Assembly (NCBI RefSeq): GCF_016026235.1
Contig: NZ_CP065613.1
DNA length: 64,000 bases
Source of the DNA: Escherichia coli
Lineage (GTDB): Bacteria > Pseudomonadota > Gammaproteobacteria > Enterobacterales > Enterobacteriaceae
Direction: 5' to 3' (one strand)
Shown: in pieces, positions 18,137 through 27,276 of the stretch
Layout: each line of letters opens with the position of its first letter
Position numbering within the stretch: the stretch's first letter is position 1
Made by a program: the position numbers and the translations under genes
The notes under the pieces: model-generated
The model's database searches: none
The model's input: only the letters and a program-made list of their open reading frames with translations
Told to the model about the DNA's origin: nothing

Positions 18137-19602
18137 TGGCACGAAACAAACAAGCCCTGCGGCGAACTGTGCAGGCCACAGCTGATGGTTATGAGAATTT
18201 TATTGCCCGCGTAGGGATGCAGACACCTAACCAGCACTCAGCATCCACCTACCGGGCTAATTTCACCAGTCGTAACCGCATGCTGGTGGAATGGTCCTAT
18301 CGTTCATCCTGGATCATCGGCGAAGCAGTCGATGCTATCCCGGATGATATGACCCGCAAAGGCATTCGCATCACTTCGGAAATTGATGCAAAAGATCGTG
18401 GCATTCTCGAATCACAACTGGATGAGTTGCAAATCTGGGATGCGCTGAATGACGTGCTGAAATGGTCGCGCCTCTACGGCGGCGCGGTGGGTTTCATCAT
18501 GATTGAGGGGCAGGCACCAATGACCCCGCTGCGACCCGAAACCATCGGTAAGGGCAAGTTTAAGGGGATTCTCCCGCTCGACCGCTGGATGGTCGACCCG
18601 GCACTGACCCGCCGCATTAAAGATATGGGGCCGGACCTGGGTAAACCTGAGTTTTACGATGTGGTGACCACAGCAACGGGAATTCCTGCCTGGCGCATTC
18701 ATCACAGTCGCCTGATTCGCTTTGATGGCGTCACGTTGCCATTTCAGCAGAAGATGACCGAGAACGAATGGGGAATGTCGGTTGTAGAGCGTATCTGGGA
18801 TCGTCTTACCGCGTTCGACAGCGCTACTGTCGGCGCGGCGCAGCTGGTCTACAAGGCGCATTTGCGTACCTACAGCGTGGAGAAGCTACGCGAGCTTATC
18901 GCACTTGGTGGTCCTGCGTATGAAGCGTTGCTGAAGAATATCGACCTGATTCGACAGTTCCAGAGTAATGAAGGCATGACGCTCATGGACTCGCGGGATA
19001 AGTTTGAAACCCATCAGTACAGCTTCAGTGGTCTGGATGACATCCTTTCGCAGTTTGCAGAACAGATTAGTGGCGCTGTTGGTATCCCACTGGTGCGGTT
19101 GTTCGGACAGTCCCCGAAAGGATTTTCTACCGGTGATGCAGACCTTGCCAACTATTACGATCGCATCAGTTCGTTGCAGGAGAGGCGTTTACGTCTTCCG
19201 GTGCGGCGGATACTGGACATCATGCATCGTTCGGAACTTGGCAAGCCGCTGCCGGACGATTTCACGTTTGAGTTTAACCCGCTCTGGCAAATGTCTGATG
19301 TCGATCGCTCAACGGTGGCGTTAAACACCACCAACGCAATCAGTACGGCGCTGGGTGATGGTCTGATGACACTGAAAGCCGCTATGACTGATTTGCGAGA
19401 AAATTCTGACGTAACCGGCATCGGGGCATCCATTACCGACGAGGACATCGAGAATGCCGAAGATGAAGCGCCGCCCGGCATCGGCGAACCTGATGACGAA
19501 CCGCAGGAGCCGTCAGGCGGAAATCCGGTATCGAACCAGCCTACGCAGGATAGCGAGGGCGGTCGGAGACATCGTAAATGGTCGCTACGATGGTTCAAAT
19601 GA
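18136..19602 (+). CDS. portal protein (DUF1073-type)
   Basis: 488 aa. ATGA overlap with terL; acidic C-terminus. Confidence 0.8.
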   Translation: MARNKQALRRTVQATADGYENFIARVGMQTPNQHSASTYRANFTSRNRMLVEWSYRSSWIIGEAVDAIPDDMTRKGIRITSEIDAKDRGILESQLDELQIWDALNDVLKWSRLYGGAVGFIMIEGQAPMTPLRPETIGKGKFKGILPLDRWMVDPALTRRIKDMGPDLGKPEFYDVVTTATGIPAWRIHHSRLIRFDGVTLPFQQKMTENEWGMSVVERIWDRLTAFDSATVGAAQLVYKAHLRTYSVEKLRELIALGGPAYEALLKNIDLIRQFQSNEGMTLMDSRDKFETHQYSFSGLDDILSQFAEQISGAVGIPLVRLFGQSPKGFSTGDADLANYYDRISSLQERRLRLPVRRILDIMHRSELGKPLPDDFTFEFNPLWQMSDVDRSTVALNTTNAISTALGDGLMTLKAAMTDLRENSDVTGIGASITDEDIENAEDEAPPGIGEPDDEPQEPSGGNPVSNQPTQDSEGGRRHRKWSLRWFK

Positions 19603-20236
19603 CAGTATCACGGAAATTATTGCGGCGCTGGAGCGTTACAGTGAAATCATCACCCCCTGGGCGACAAAGGTCGCGGAAAACTTTACTGCGGACCTAACCC
19701 GGCAGAACGAGAAAGTTTGGCGGCAACACAGCAAGAACATCAGTCGCGAGCTCCGCAATCTTGTGGAAAGCGCTCCTGTGGGCCAGGTGATGCAATCCAT
19801 CATCGCCGAACAGGTCAAGTACATCAAATCTCTGCCTCTCGAGGCCGCAGACAGGGTGTACGACATCCAGAACAAAGCGATAGAGGCTGTTGTCACCGGT
19901 GGTCGGGCGGAGCAGTTTGCTAAAGAGATTGCATCTACCGGCGATGTTGCTAAGTCTAGGGCCGATCTGATTGCCCGAACGGAACTGGGAAGAGCAACGG
20001 GCGCGCTGGATATGGCCCGAGCGATAGCTATTGGCTCGGATGGTTATATTTGGCGTACAGCCGATGATGGCGATGTCCGAGATTCCCACGATCACATGAA
20101 AGGTAAATTCGTCCGCTGGGATTCACCTCCAACTTTGGACGGCATGACCGGCCACGCGGGCGAGCTGCCAAACTGCCGCTGCTATAAAGAGATCGTGTTT
20201 GTTCGCGTTCCATTCGCAATGAAAAGGGCAGCATAA
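19454..20236 (+). CDS. Mu F / SPP1 gp7-like minor head (morphogenesis) protein
   Basis: The C-terminal region ARTELGRA...WRTADDGDVRDSHDHMKGKFVRWD...PNCRCY is typical of the family. The start is uncertain (19454/19463/19493). Confidence 0.7.
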   Translation: MPKMKRRPASANLMTNRRSRQAEIRYRTSLRRIARAVGDIVNGRYDGSNDSITEIIAALERYSEIITPWATKVAENFTADLTRQNEKVWRQHSKNISRELRNLVESAPVGQVMQSIIAEQVKYIKSLPLEAADRVYDIQNKAIEAVVTGGRAEQFAKEIASTGDVAKSRADLIARTELGRATGALDMARAIAIGSDGYIWRTADDGDVRDSHDHMKGKFVRWDSPPTLDGMTGHAGELPNCRCYKEIVFVRVPFAMKRAA

Positions 20237-20239
20237 CCC

Positions 20240-21460
20240 ATGAAATACTTTTTTGAGACCAGGCTCGGGGAAACCCGATACCGCCTGGCTGACGGCTCGT
20301 TGCTGTGCAAAGACGTGCCGATAGGACGAACAGGTAAGCAGCTCTATGGTGCTGATGACCTGCCAAAACTGAAACCCGATAAGTTCGGTGAAATAGTCGT
20401 CACGCGTTCTCCTGAGCAGGTATTCCATCCGGCCACGCTTGCCTCATTCGAAGGGATGAGCATCACGATCCTGCATCCTGAAGATGAAAACGGGAATGTG
20501 CGGCTGGTAAATCCCGAGAACTGGAAAGAGCTTGCTGTCGGGCACCTCCAGAATGTCCGGCGCGGGACGGGTGAGCAGTCTGATTTGATGCTGGCTGACC
20601 TTATCGTCAAAGACGAAAGCGCCATTCAGCTTATCGAAGATGGCCTGCGCGAAGTGTCGTGCGGCTATGACGCGGAGTACGAGCAGACCGAGCCAGGTAA
20701 AGCCGAGCAGGTCGATATTACCGGAAACCATGTGGCTCTTGTCCCTAAAGGCAGAGCCGGAAATCGTTGTGCAATTGGAGACAGAGACACAATGGCAAAT
20801 CAAAAGAAAAACTGGTGGAACCGCATGCGTGCGGCCATCAAGACAGGAGATGCCGACACCATGAACGAACTGGTGGAGTCGGCTCCCGCATCGGTTACAG
20901 GAGATGAGGGGGATTTGCCGCAGGGCGTTAATCTCAACATCAACCTGTCCCCGCAGCAACCACTACCGGACAAAGCACCAGAGATGGGCGGAGATCCAAC
21001 CGGCGACAGTGATGATGACCTCAAAACATTACTGAAAGCCCTGCTGGCTAAGCTGGAAAGAAATGCCACGGGCGATAACGATAATAAGCCTGACGATAAT
21101 CCGACCGGTGACGGCGAGGACGATGAAGAGGAAACCACGATTACTGGTGACTCAGCCTGGCGTGCCGAAGTTATCGTTCCGGGTATCGATCTGAGCCGTA
21201 AGATGAAACCGACCGCGTTCAAACGCGAGGTTCTGGCTTCTGCTGACAAAACGCTGGTTCGCCAGATAGTCGGTGATGCGGATATCCGCAAATTACCGAA
21301 ACAATCGGTCGACATGGCGTTTAATGCCGTGTCTGAGGTTGCCAAAGGGCGAAACACCCGCGCCACCACCGGCGATGCACAGCGCCTAAACATGGGCATG
21401 ACCAGTATCGCTTCCCTGAACAAACAAAACGCTGAATTCTGGGCAAGCCGTAAAGGGTAA
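20240..21460 (+). CDS. prohead scaffold/protease-like protein (DUF2213-type)
   Basis: 406 aa between the head-morphogenesis and capsid genes, with an acidic low-complexity middle. Confidence 0.55.
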   Translation: MKYFFETRLGETRYRLADGSLLCKDVPIGRTGKQLYGADDLPKLKPDKFGEIVVTRSPEQVFHPATLASFEGMSITILHPEDENGNVRLVNPENWKELAVGHLQNVRRGTGEQSDLMLADLIVKDESAIQLIEDGLREVSCGYDAEYEQTEPGKAEQVDITGNHVALVPKGRAGNRCAIGDRDTMANQKKNWWNRMRAAIKTGDADTMNELVESAPASVTGDEGDLPQGVNLNINLSPQQPLPDKAPEMGGDPTGDSDDDLKTLLKALLAKLERNATGDNDNKPDDNPTGDGEDDEEETTITGDSAWRAEVIVPGIDLSRKMKPTAFKREVLASADKTLVRQIVGDADIRKLPKQSVDMAFNAVSEVAKGRNTRATTGDAQRLNMGMTSIASLNKQNAEFWASRKG

Positions 21461-21463
21461 AAA

Positions 21464-21970
21464 ATGAATAATGTATTTCTGTACCGGATGCCTGTTGGCA
21501 TTGCCGGGGCTGTCTCTCGCCCGCAGGACTTAACCGTCGAACCGGTGGTCCTTAAATCCGATAACGCCTTCGCTGCCTATGGCCTGGCTGGTAAATACGA
21601 TGATGACGGTTTTTTCGTGCCGCTGGCAGATGGTGATACCGCAGACAAGGTGAAGGGGATCTACGTGCGCCCTTATCCGACCACGTCGCAGCCGGACATG
21701 GTTCGCCAGGTGGGAACAGGCAAGAACTTCCCGGGCGACGCCATGAAGCGTGGCTACGTGACCGTTAATCTCGGTTCTGATTTTGATGCCAGCACTATCA
21801 AAAAAGGCGATCCGGTATACGTTGTCGTCTCCACTGATGAATCCATCAAAGTGCCGCTGGGTGGATTCATGTCCACGTCAGTCAGTGGCAAAAACGTGGT
21901 GCTGACCAACGCTGAATTCACAGGTGCCGGTGATGCTGACGGCAATGCAGAAATTTCCTGGAAGATTTAA
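21464..21970 (+). CDS. head structural/decoration-like protein
   Basis: 168 aa immediately upstream of the major capsid gene. The call is positional. Confidence 0.45.
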   Translation: MNNVFLYRMPVGIAGAVSRPQDLTVEPVVLKSDNAFAAYGLAGKYDDDGFFVPLADGDTADKVKGIYVRPYPTTSQPDMVRQVGTGKNFPGDAMKRGYVTVNLGSDFDASTIKKGDPVYVVVSTDESIKVPLGGFMSTSVSGKNVVLTNAEFTGAGDADGNAEISWKI

Positions 21971-21981
21971 GGAACAGACGA

Positions 21982-22923
21982 ATGATTACTTTTGATCAGG
22001 CAACCGTTGACAGCTCTGGTGCCTTTCTCATCGGGGAGCTGGAGCGACTCGACCAGACGCTGAACCTGCCACTGGTGGGGTACACCTGGAGCCGCGATAT
22101 TCAACTGCGTGAAGACGTCTCCATCGCAGATGACATTTCCAGCTGGACGAATACCAGCTTCGCCGCTGCGGGTACTGGCGCAAATCCGAATGGAAAAAAC
22201 TGGGTAGGCAAAGACTCAACCGCTATTGCTGGCGTGAACGTGGATATCGGCAAATCCGGTAACCCGCTGAACCTGTGGGGGATGGAACTTGGCTGGACGG
22301 TCATAGAATTGCAGGCTGCTCAGCAGGTCGGCCGCCCGATTGATACGCAGAAGTATGACGGTATGCAACTGAAATGGCAGATGGATAACGATGAACAGGT
22401 ATATGTTGGCGATTCCGCATTAAACCTGAAAGGCCTTGTTACCCTGGACGGCGTGCCTGTCAACAACGCTGCCAAAACGTGGGCAACCTCAACACCGGAC
22501 GAAATCCGCGCAAGCATTAACCAGGTGCTGTCTGATGCGTGGGCCGCTTCTGGTTACTCTGTGGTTCCGCGTGATTTGCTGATCCCGCCTGAGCAGTTTG
22601 CTCTGTTGTCCAGCATCATCGTTTCATCTGCAGGTAACCAGTCCCTGTTGACGTACCTTCAGACCAACACCATCAGCTATCACCAGAACGGTGTTCCGCT
22701 GAATATCCGCGCGGTTAAATGGCTGAAAGGCCGTGGTGTGGGGAATAAGGATCGCATGGTTGCGTACACCAACGATAAAAAATACGTCCGCTACCCGCTG
22801 GTTCCGCTTCAGAGCGTGCCGGTGCAGTATCGCGGTCTGTATCAGATCGTCACTTACTACGGCAAGCTGGGTGCAGTCGAGCCAGTGTACAAAGAAACCA
22901 TTTCGTACGTTGATGGCATTTAA
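21982..22923 (+). CDS. major capsid protein
   Basis: 313 aa. Position, size and vague DUF2184-like similarity. Confidence 0.65.
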   Translation: MITFDQATVDSSGAFLIGELERLDQTLNLPLVGYTWSRDIQLREDVSIADDISSWTNTSFAAAGTGANPNGKNWVGKDSTAIAGVNVDIGKSGNPLNLWGMELGWTVIELQAAQQVGRPIDTQKYDGMQLKWQMDNDEQVYVGDSALNLKGLVTLDGVPVNNAAKTWATSTPDEIRASINQVLSDAWAASGYSVVPRDLLIPPEQFALLSSIIVSSAGNQSLLTYLQTNTISYHQNGVPLNIRAVKWLKGRGVGNKDRMVAYTNDKKYVRYPLVPLQSVPVQYRGLYQIVTYYGKLGAVEPVYKETISYVDGI

Positions 22924-22964
22924 CAGCCATATGGCCCCCTGGCGGGGCCATTAAGGATGACCCG

Positions 22965-23186
22965 ATGGCAAAAAATAATGCAGTAATACACGTACATACC
23001 CCGTTTGTGCTCACGCTTCCCGACGGTTCGCGGCGCGAGTTTGTTAAAGGCCGTCATGCAGTGGAGGAAGACGTTGCCACGCACTGGTTCACTCGTGCGC
23101 ACGCGGAAGTATCCGTTGGCAAAGCCACAGACGCGCGTAACGAGGTAAAAAATGCCAAAGAATCAAAGTCTGCCAGCGGTAAGTGA
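22965..23186 (+). CDS. hypothetical 73-aa head-module protein
   Basis: ORF in operon context only. Confidence 0.4.
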   Translation: MAKNNAVIHVHTPFVLTLPDGSRREFVKGRHAVEEDVATHWFTRAHAEVSVGKATDARNEVKNAKESKSASGK

Positions 23187-23559
23187 TTTTCGCCGCGACT
23201 TCCCGCAGTTTGCTGACCCTGCCAAATATCCCGAAGCGCAAATCCAGTTTCGTCTGAATCTGGCCGATGAACTGCTGAGCGAAAACGTCACCGAAAAAAA
23301 GTTGTTTCCGTACTTTGCCGGATTGTTCGTTGCGCACTACATGACGCTCTGGGCGGCAGACAGCCGGGCGATGCTGGCTGGTGGTCCGGGCGGTTCAACC
23401 AATGGTGTTCAGTCCTCAAAGTCCGTGGATAAGGTAAGCGTCAGTTATGACACCAGCGCGACGCTGAATCCTGATGCAGGTTTCTGGAATAACACCCGAT
23501 ATGGCGCTGAATTTTATCAGTTGATCACGATGTTCGGTGCAGGCGGTCGCCAGCTATGA
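23152..23559 (+). CDS. head-tail connector/adaptor (DUF4054-like)
   Basis: 135 aa. Position plus family memory. Confidence 0.5.
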   Translation: MPKNQSLPAVSDFRRDFPQFADPAKYPEAQIQFRLNLADELLSENVTEKKLFPYFAGLFVAHYMTLWAADSRAMLAGGPGGSTNGVQSSKSVDKVSVSYDTSATLNPDAGFWNNTRYGAEFYQLITMFGAGGRQL

Positions 23560-24109
23560 GTTTCAAAAGCGGTGTAACAACGAGGGTGGATAACGCTCAG
23601 GCCATTCTGGATGCGCTCAGGTCGTTAACCAAAAAAGATGTGCTGGTCGGCATCCCTTCGGAAGACAGCGAGCGGGATGATGTTCCGTTTGGTAATGCGG
23701 GCATCGGTTACCTCAACGAATACGGCTCACCGGCGCAAAACATCCCGCCACGACCTCACCTGGTCCCCGGCGTTAAATCGGTAGAAGAACAGACAGTGCC
23801 GCAGCTCAAAGCAGCGGCGCAGGCTGCGCTTGATGGTAATGCGGCGGGTGCGGAAAGAGCGCTCAACCGTGCCGGAACGCTGGCCGCTAATGGCGTCAGG
23901 CGTTACATGACCATTACCGGCTTTACGCCGCTTGCTGACAGTACTGTTGAAGCCCGGGCTCGTCGGGGCGCAAGGGGGCAACACTGGAACTTGCCCGGCG
24001 TGCTGCTGGCGAATCTCCGGGAACCGAACTGGCGAAACCATTAATTGACACCGGGCAATATCGCAGAGCGATTACCCATGTTGTGAGGGATAAAGATGCC
24101 GACTCTTGA
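23556..24109 (+). pseudogene. HK97 gp10 / Mu G-like head-tail joining protein with an apparent -1 frameshift in a G-run (~23964-23968)
   Basis: Frame A (23556-24044) ends in an atypical tail ...RGARGQHWNLPGVLLANLREPNWRNH. The -1 frame is open from 23951. It encodes ...GRKGATLELARRAAGESPGTELAKPLIDTGQYRRAITHVVRDKDADS, with a stop at 24107-24109 overlapping the next ATG at 24096. That is the family-typical C-terminus and gene junction. Confidence 0.5.
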
Positions 24110-24485
24110 TGTAACAGATGTGCTTTTTGACCCCGATTTTTGCGACTTCAATTTGTGGGTAACACGCCGTGTGCAAACGGTGGATGAGGATGGGATCGGC
24201 AGCGACAGCGAAGTTAAAAAGCAGTTTGCCGGAGTCGTTACTGTTGATCGCTCTCTGGAAAACCGTCGTATGCAGGCCGGGCAGGTAATCAGTGGTGCAA
24301 TTCTGATTGTGACGACTGAGCGACTGACGCAGGGACAGACTGGCCGTGATGCCGATATCGTGACGTATCAGGGCCGTGATTATCGTGTGACTTTCGTCGA
24401 CCCGTATACAGCGTATGGTGCCGGATTCGTTCAGGCGCATTGTGAGTTGCTGCCGTTTGATGGGGGAATTCCGGTTGAGCAATAA
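24096..24485 (+). CDS. neck/tail-completion protein (unknown family)
   Basis: 129-aa ORF in the morphogenesis operon. Confidence 0.45.
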   Translation: MPTLDVTDVLFDPDFCDFNLWVTRRVQTVDEDGIGSDSEVKKQFAGVVTVDRSLENRRMQAGQVISGAILIVTTERLTQGQTGRDADIVTYQGRDYRVTFVDPYTAYGAGFVQAHCELLPFDGGIPVEQ

Positions 24486-25023
24486 CACCAGCACAGAGCG
24501 CGGATGGCTGATACCAACCAGTGGCGATCCGGATTATGACGAAGCGCTCGACAGGCTGTTAAGCCAGTGGATGCGTAACGTTTCCGGTCTGTCTGCCGGG
24601 ATGGTTCGTCCGCGCTGGCAGAAAGAGCAGCCGCCACTGCTACCGGCTGAAACGAGCTGGTGTGCGTTTGGGGTTATCGGATGGTCAGGTGATGACAGTC
24701 CGGCATTCACCAGACAGACCGATGATGGCTCTCAGCTCTGGCGGCATGAAACGATTGAGTGTATGGCTTCGTTTTATGGTCCGGCGGGGATGGTGTATGC
24801 GTCCCGGTTTCGTGACGGTATATCTGTGCCGCAGAACAATGCAGCACTGAATGCGCTGGGGCTGTCTCTTGGCGATTACACAGGTCTGACTCCCTTCCCT
24901 GAACTTATTAATCAGCAATGGGTCCGCCGCTACGATATGACGGTGCGTCTGCGCCGGAAGGTTGTGCGCGAGTACGGTATTAAATCGCTGGTGGAAGCAC
25001 CAGTCATCTTTTTCGGAGATTAA
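24460..25023 (+). CDS. tail-completion protein (unknown family)
   Basis: ORF in operon. The start is uncertain (24415/24460). Confidence 0.45.
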   Translation: MGEFRLSNNTSTERGWLIPTSGDPDYDEALDRLLSQWMRNVSGLSAGMVRPRWQKEQPPLLPAETSWCAFGVIGWSGDDSPAFTRQTDDGSQLWRHETIECMASFYGPAGMVYASRFRDGISVPQNNAALNALGLSLGDYTGLTPFPELINQQWVRRYDMTVRLRRKVVREYGIKSLVEAPVIFFGD

Positions 25024-25026
25024 GCT

Positions 25027-26172
25027 ATGGCACAGGGCTTGCCTGTATCAAACGTTGTTAATGTTGATGTGATCATGTCGCCGCGTGCAGCATCAGGGCG
25101 AAATTTTGGTGCATTACTCATTCTCGGCCCGTCCACAATCATTCCGGTAAGTGAGCGCATTCGCCGTTATTCTGCTGCGGAAGATATTGGAAAAGATTTT
25201 GGCGTGGAATCACCAGAATATAAGGCTGCGCAGGTGTTTTTCTCACAATCACCGAAACCTCAGGAGGTTTTTGTTGGTCGTTGGGTGAAAACGAAGGGAG
25301 ACAGCGAACAGGCCACGCCTGAGACGCTGGAGCAGGCTGTGAATGCCATGCTTGATTATACTTCATGGTATGGGCTGGGGATTGCAGACGATGCAGATAT
25401 TCCGGATGCAGACTGGCTGAAAGTGGCTGCGGCGATCGAATCCTCTTCTGTAAGCCGTATTCTGGCGATTACGACAAGCGATGAGAAATGCCTGCAGACT
25501 GCATCCAGCGATGATTTGGCATCAAAACTGAAAACCGCCGGATATTCACGCAGTTTTATTCAGTATTCATCGGGTAATAAATACGCTGCGTTATCTGCAT
25601 TTGGCCGGGCATTCACGGTTAATTTCAATGGCAGTAATACCGCGATTACGCTCAAGTTTAAGCAGGAGCCGGGTGTCGGGTATGAAACACTGACAGTCAG
25701 CCAGGCATCGGCACTTGATGCAAAAAACTGCAATGTATTCGTGTACTACCAGAATGATACGGCTATCCTCCAGCAGGGAGTGATGGCTAACGGCGATTTC
25801 TTTGATGAACGCCACGGCCTGGACTGGTTACAGAATTATGTGCAGACCAACCTCTATAACCTGCTTTATACCAGCACCACGAAAGTACCCCAGAGTGAAG
25901 CCGGTATTACCCGACTGTTATCAAGTGTTGAAAAATCACTGGATCAGGCCGTTCAGAATGGACTGATTGCTCCGGGCGTATGGAACGGTGGCGACCTTGG
26001 TCAGTTGTCATCAGGTGACACGCTGCCCAAAGGTTATTACGTATACGCCCAGCCGCTGGATGAACAGGCACAATCAGAACGTGAAGCCCGTAAGGCTCCG
26101 GTGATTCAGGCTGCAATAAAACTTGCAGGCGCGGTTCATTACGCTGACGTACAGATTAACGTTGTTCGCTAA
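25027..26172 (+). CDS. tail sheath protein (DUF3383-type)
   Basis: 381 aa, followed by a tube-sized gene, chaperone and tape measure. Family from memory. Confidence 0.6.
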   Translation: MAQGLPVSNVVNVDVIMSPRAASGRNFGALLILGPSTIIPVSERIRRYSAAEDIGKDFGVESPEYKAAQVFFSQSPKPQEVFVGRWVKTKGDSEQATPETLEQAVNAMLDYTSWYGLGIADDADIPDADWLKVAAAIESSSVSRILAITTSDEKCLQTASSDDLASKLKTAGYSRSFIQYSSGNKYAALSAFGRAFTVNFNGSNTAITLKFKQEPGVGYETLTVSQASALDAKNCNVFVYYQNDTAILQQGVMANGDFFDERHGLDWLQNYVQTNLYNLLYTSTTKVPQSEAGITRLLSSVEKSLDQAVQNGLIAPGVWNGGDLGQLSSGDTLPKGYYVYAQPLDEQAQSEREARKAPVIQAAIKLAGAVHYADVQINVVR

Positions 26173-26182
26173 GGGGAAGTGA

Positions 26183-26623
26183 ATGTCTACCTATTCTTTT
26201 ATGGATGTCACTGCGACGCTGACCGGGCCGACCGGTTCGATTGACCTCGGGTACGGTTCGGCAAGTTCTGAAGAGGGGATTGTGGTTGCGATGGGCGGTC
26301 CTAAAAACACCATGACCATCGGTGCTGATGGCGAAGTGATGCACAGTCTCCATGCAGATAAAAGCGGGACGATTACCGTTAACCTTCTGAAGACATCACC
26401 GACAAATAAAAAATTGTCGCTGGCGTATAACGCACAGAGCCAGTCTTCTGCCACATGGGGGAATAACGTTATTGTGATCCGAAACAAGGTCAGCGGCGAC
26501 ATCATCACGGCACGCAGTGTTGCGTTCCAGAAACAACCGGATAACGCCAACGCTAAAACCGGTAATACGATGCCGTGGGTGCTTGACTGCGGCAAGATTG
26601 ACCAGGTTCTCGGGGAGTTTTAA
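26183..26623 (+). CDS. tail tube protein (DUF3277-type)
   Basis: 146 aa. Position and size. Confidence 0.55.
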   Translation: MSTYSFMDVTATLTGPTGSIDLGYGSASSEEGIVVAMGGPKNTMTIGADGEVMHSLHADKSGTITVNLLKTSPTNKKLSLAYNAQSQSSATWGNNVIVIRNKVSGDIITARSVAFQKQPDNANAKTGNTMPWVLDCGKIDQVLGEF

Positions 26624-26626
26624 TAC

Positions 26627-27079
26627 ATGGAATTCGAAATCAAAGGCGTGAAATATCGCGCGGCAAAACTCAGCGTTTTTGACCAGCTGAAAGTGACCCG
26701 CAAACTTCTGCCGGTGCTGGCAGGAATGATGTCAGATTTCGGGAGCATTCGCTCCCGTTTGCCTGCTGACGGCAAAATAGACACCGTGAAATTCGAGCAG
26801 TTAAAACCGGTGTTTGAAACCATGCTCCCGCGTATCGCTGAGGAACTGTCTTCCCTGACCGAAGATGACACCAGTGCAATTATTCATCCCTGTCTTGCGG
26901 TGGTGTCGCGGCGTCATATGGACGGATGGGTGCCGGTATTTACCCAGGGCGAACTGATGTTTGATGATATTGACCTGCTGGTCATGCTGCAGCTGGTGGC
27001 GCGGGTGGTCGCCGATTCGCTAGGAAATTTTTTGCAAGGACACCCTACCAAAGAGACGCCCATCCCGCCAGCGGAATAA
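26627..27079 (+). CDS. tail assembly chaperone (G-like short form)
   Basis: 150 aa directly upstream of the tape-measure gene. Confidence 0.6.
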   Translation: MEFEIKGVKYRAAKLSVFDQLKVTRKLLPVLAGMMSDFGSIRSRLPADGKIDTVKFEQLKPVFETMLPRIAEELSSLTEDDTSAIIHPCLAVVSRRHMDGWVPVFTQGELMFDDIDLLVMLQLVARVVADSLGNFLQGHPTKETPIPPAE

Positions 27080-27276
27080 CCTTCAATAGCCTGCCGGGTG
27101 GTGAAGATTTTATTCTTCGTCCGGCGCTTGCCTTCCATATTGACCAGAAAGATCTTAACAGTGGTGCGGTAGATCTCTGTCGCATCGCGCTTCTTAATGA
27201 CTACCTTGATATGTGCGAGGACAACGATGTCCGGGTAGAAAAATGGAGAGAGGATAATGAACGCCGAGACTATTAA
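26627..27276 (+). CDS. tail assembly chaperone, -1 frameshift-extended form (GT-like)
   Basis: Slippery heptamer A_AAT_TTT (27025-27031) in the zero frame. The -1 frame has no ATG and stays open for ~80 further codons (...FNSLPGGEDFILRPALAFHIDQKDL...) to TAA 27274-27276, overlapping the TMP start. Confidence 0.45.

Noticed and set aside
20800-21501. 233-aa minus-strand ORF antisense to the scaffold/protease gene. Similar long antisense ORFs: 12380-12982, 26914-27417, 33276-33713, 34870-35562, 36978-37610, 41405-41857
   Set aside because: All lie fully inside well-supported genes on the opposite strand and lack SD/start context. They have low-complexity Ser/Pro/Arg-rich translations typical of antisense frames of GC-rich coding DNA.
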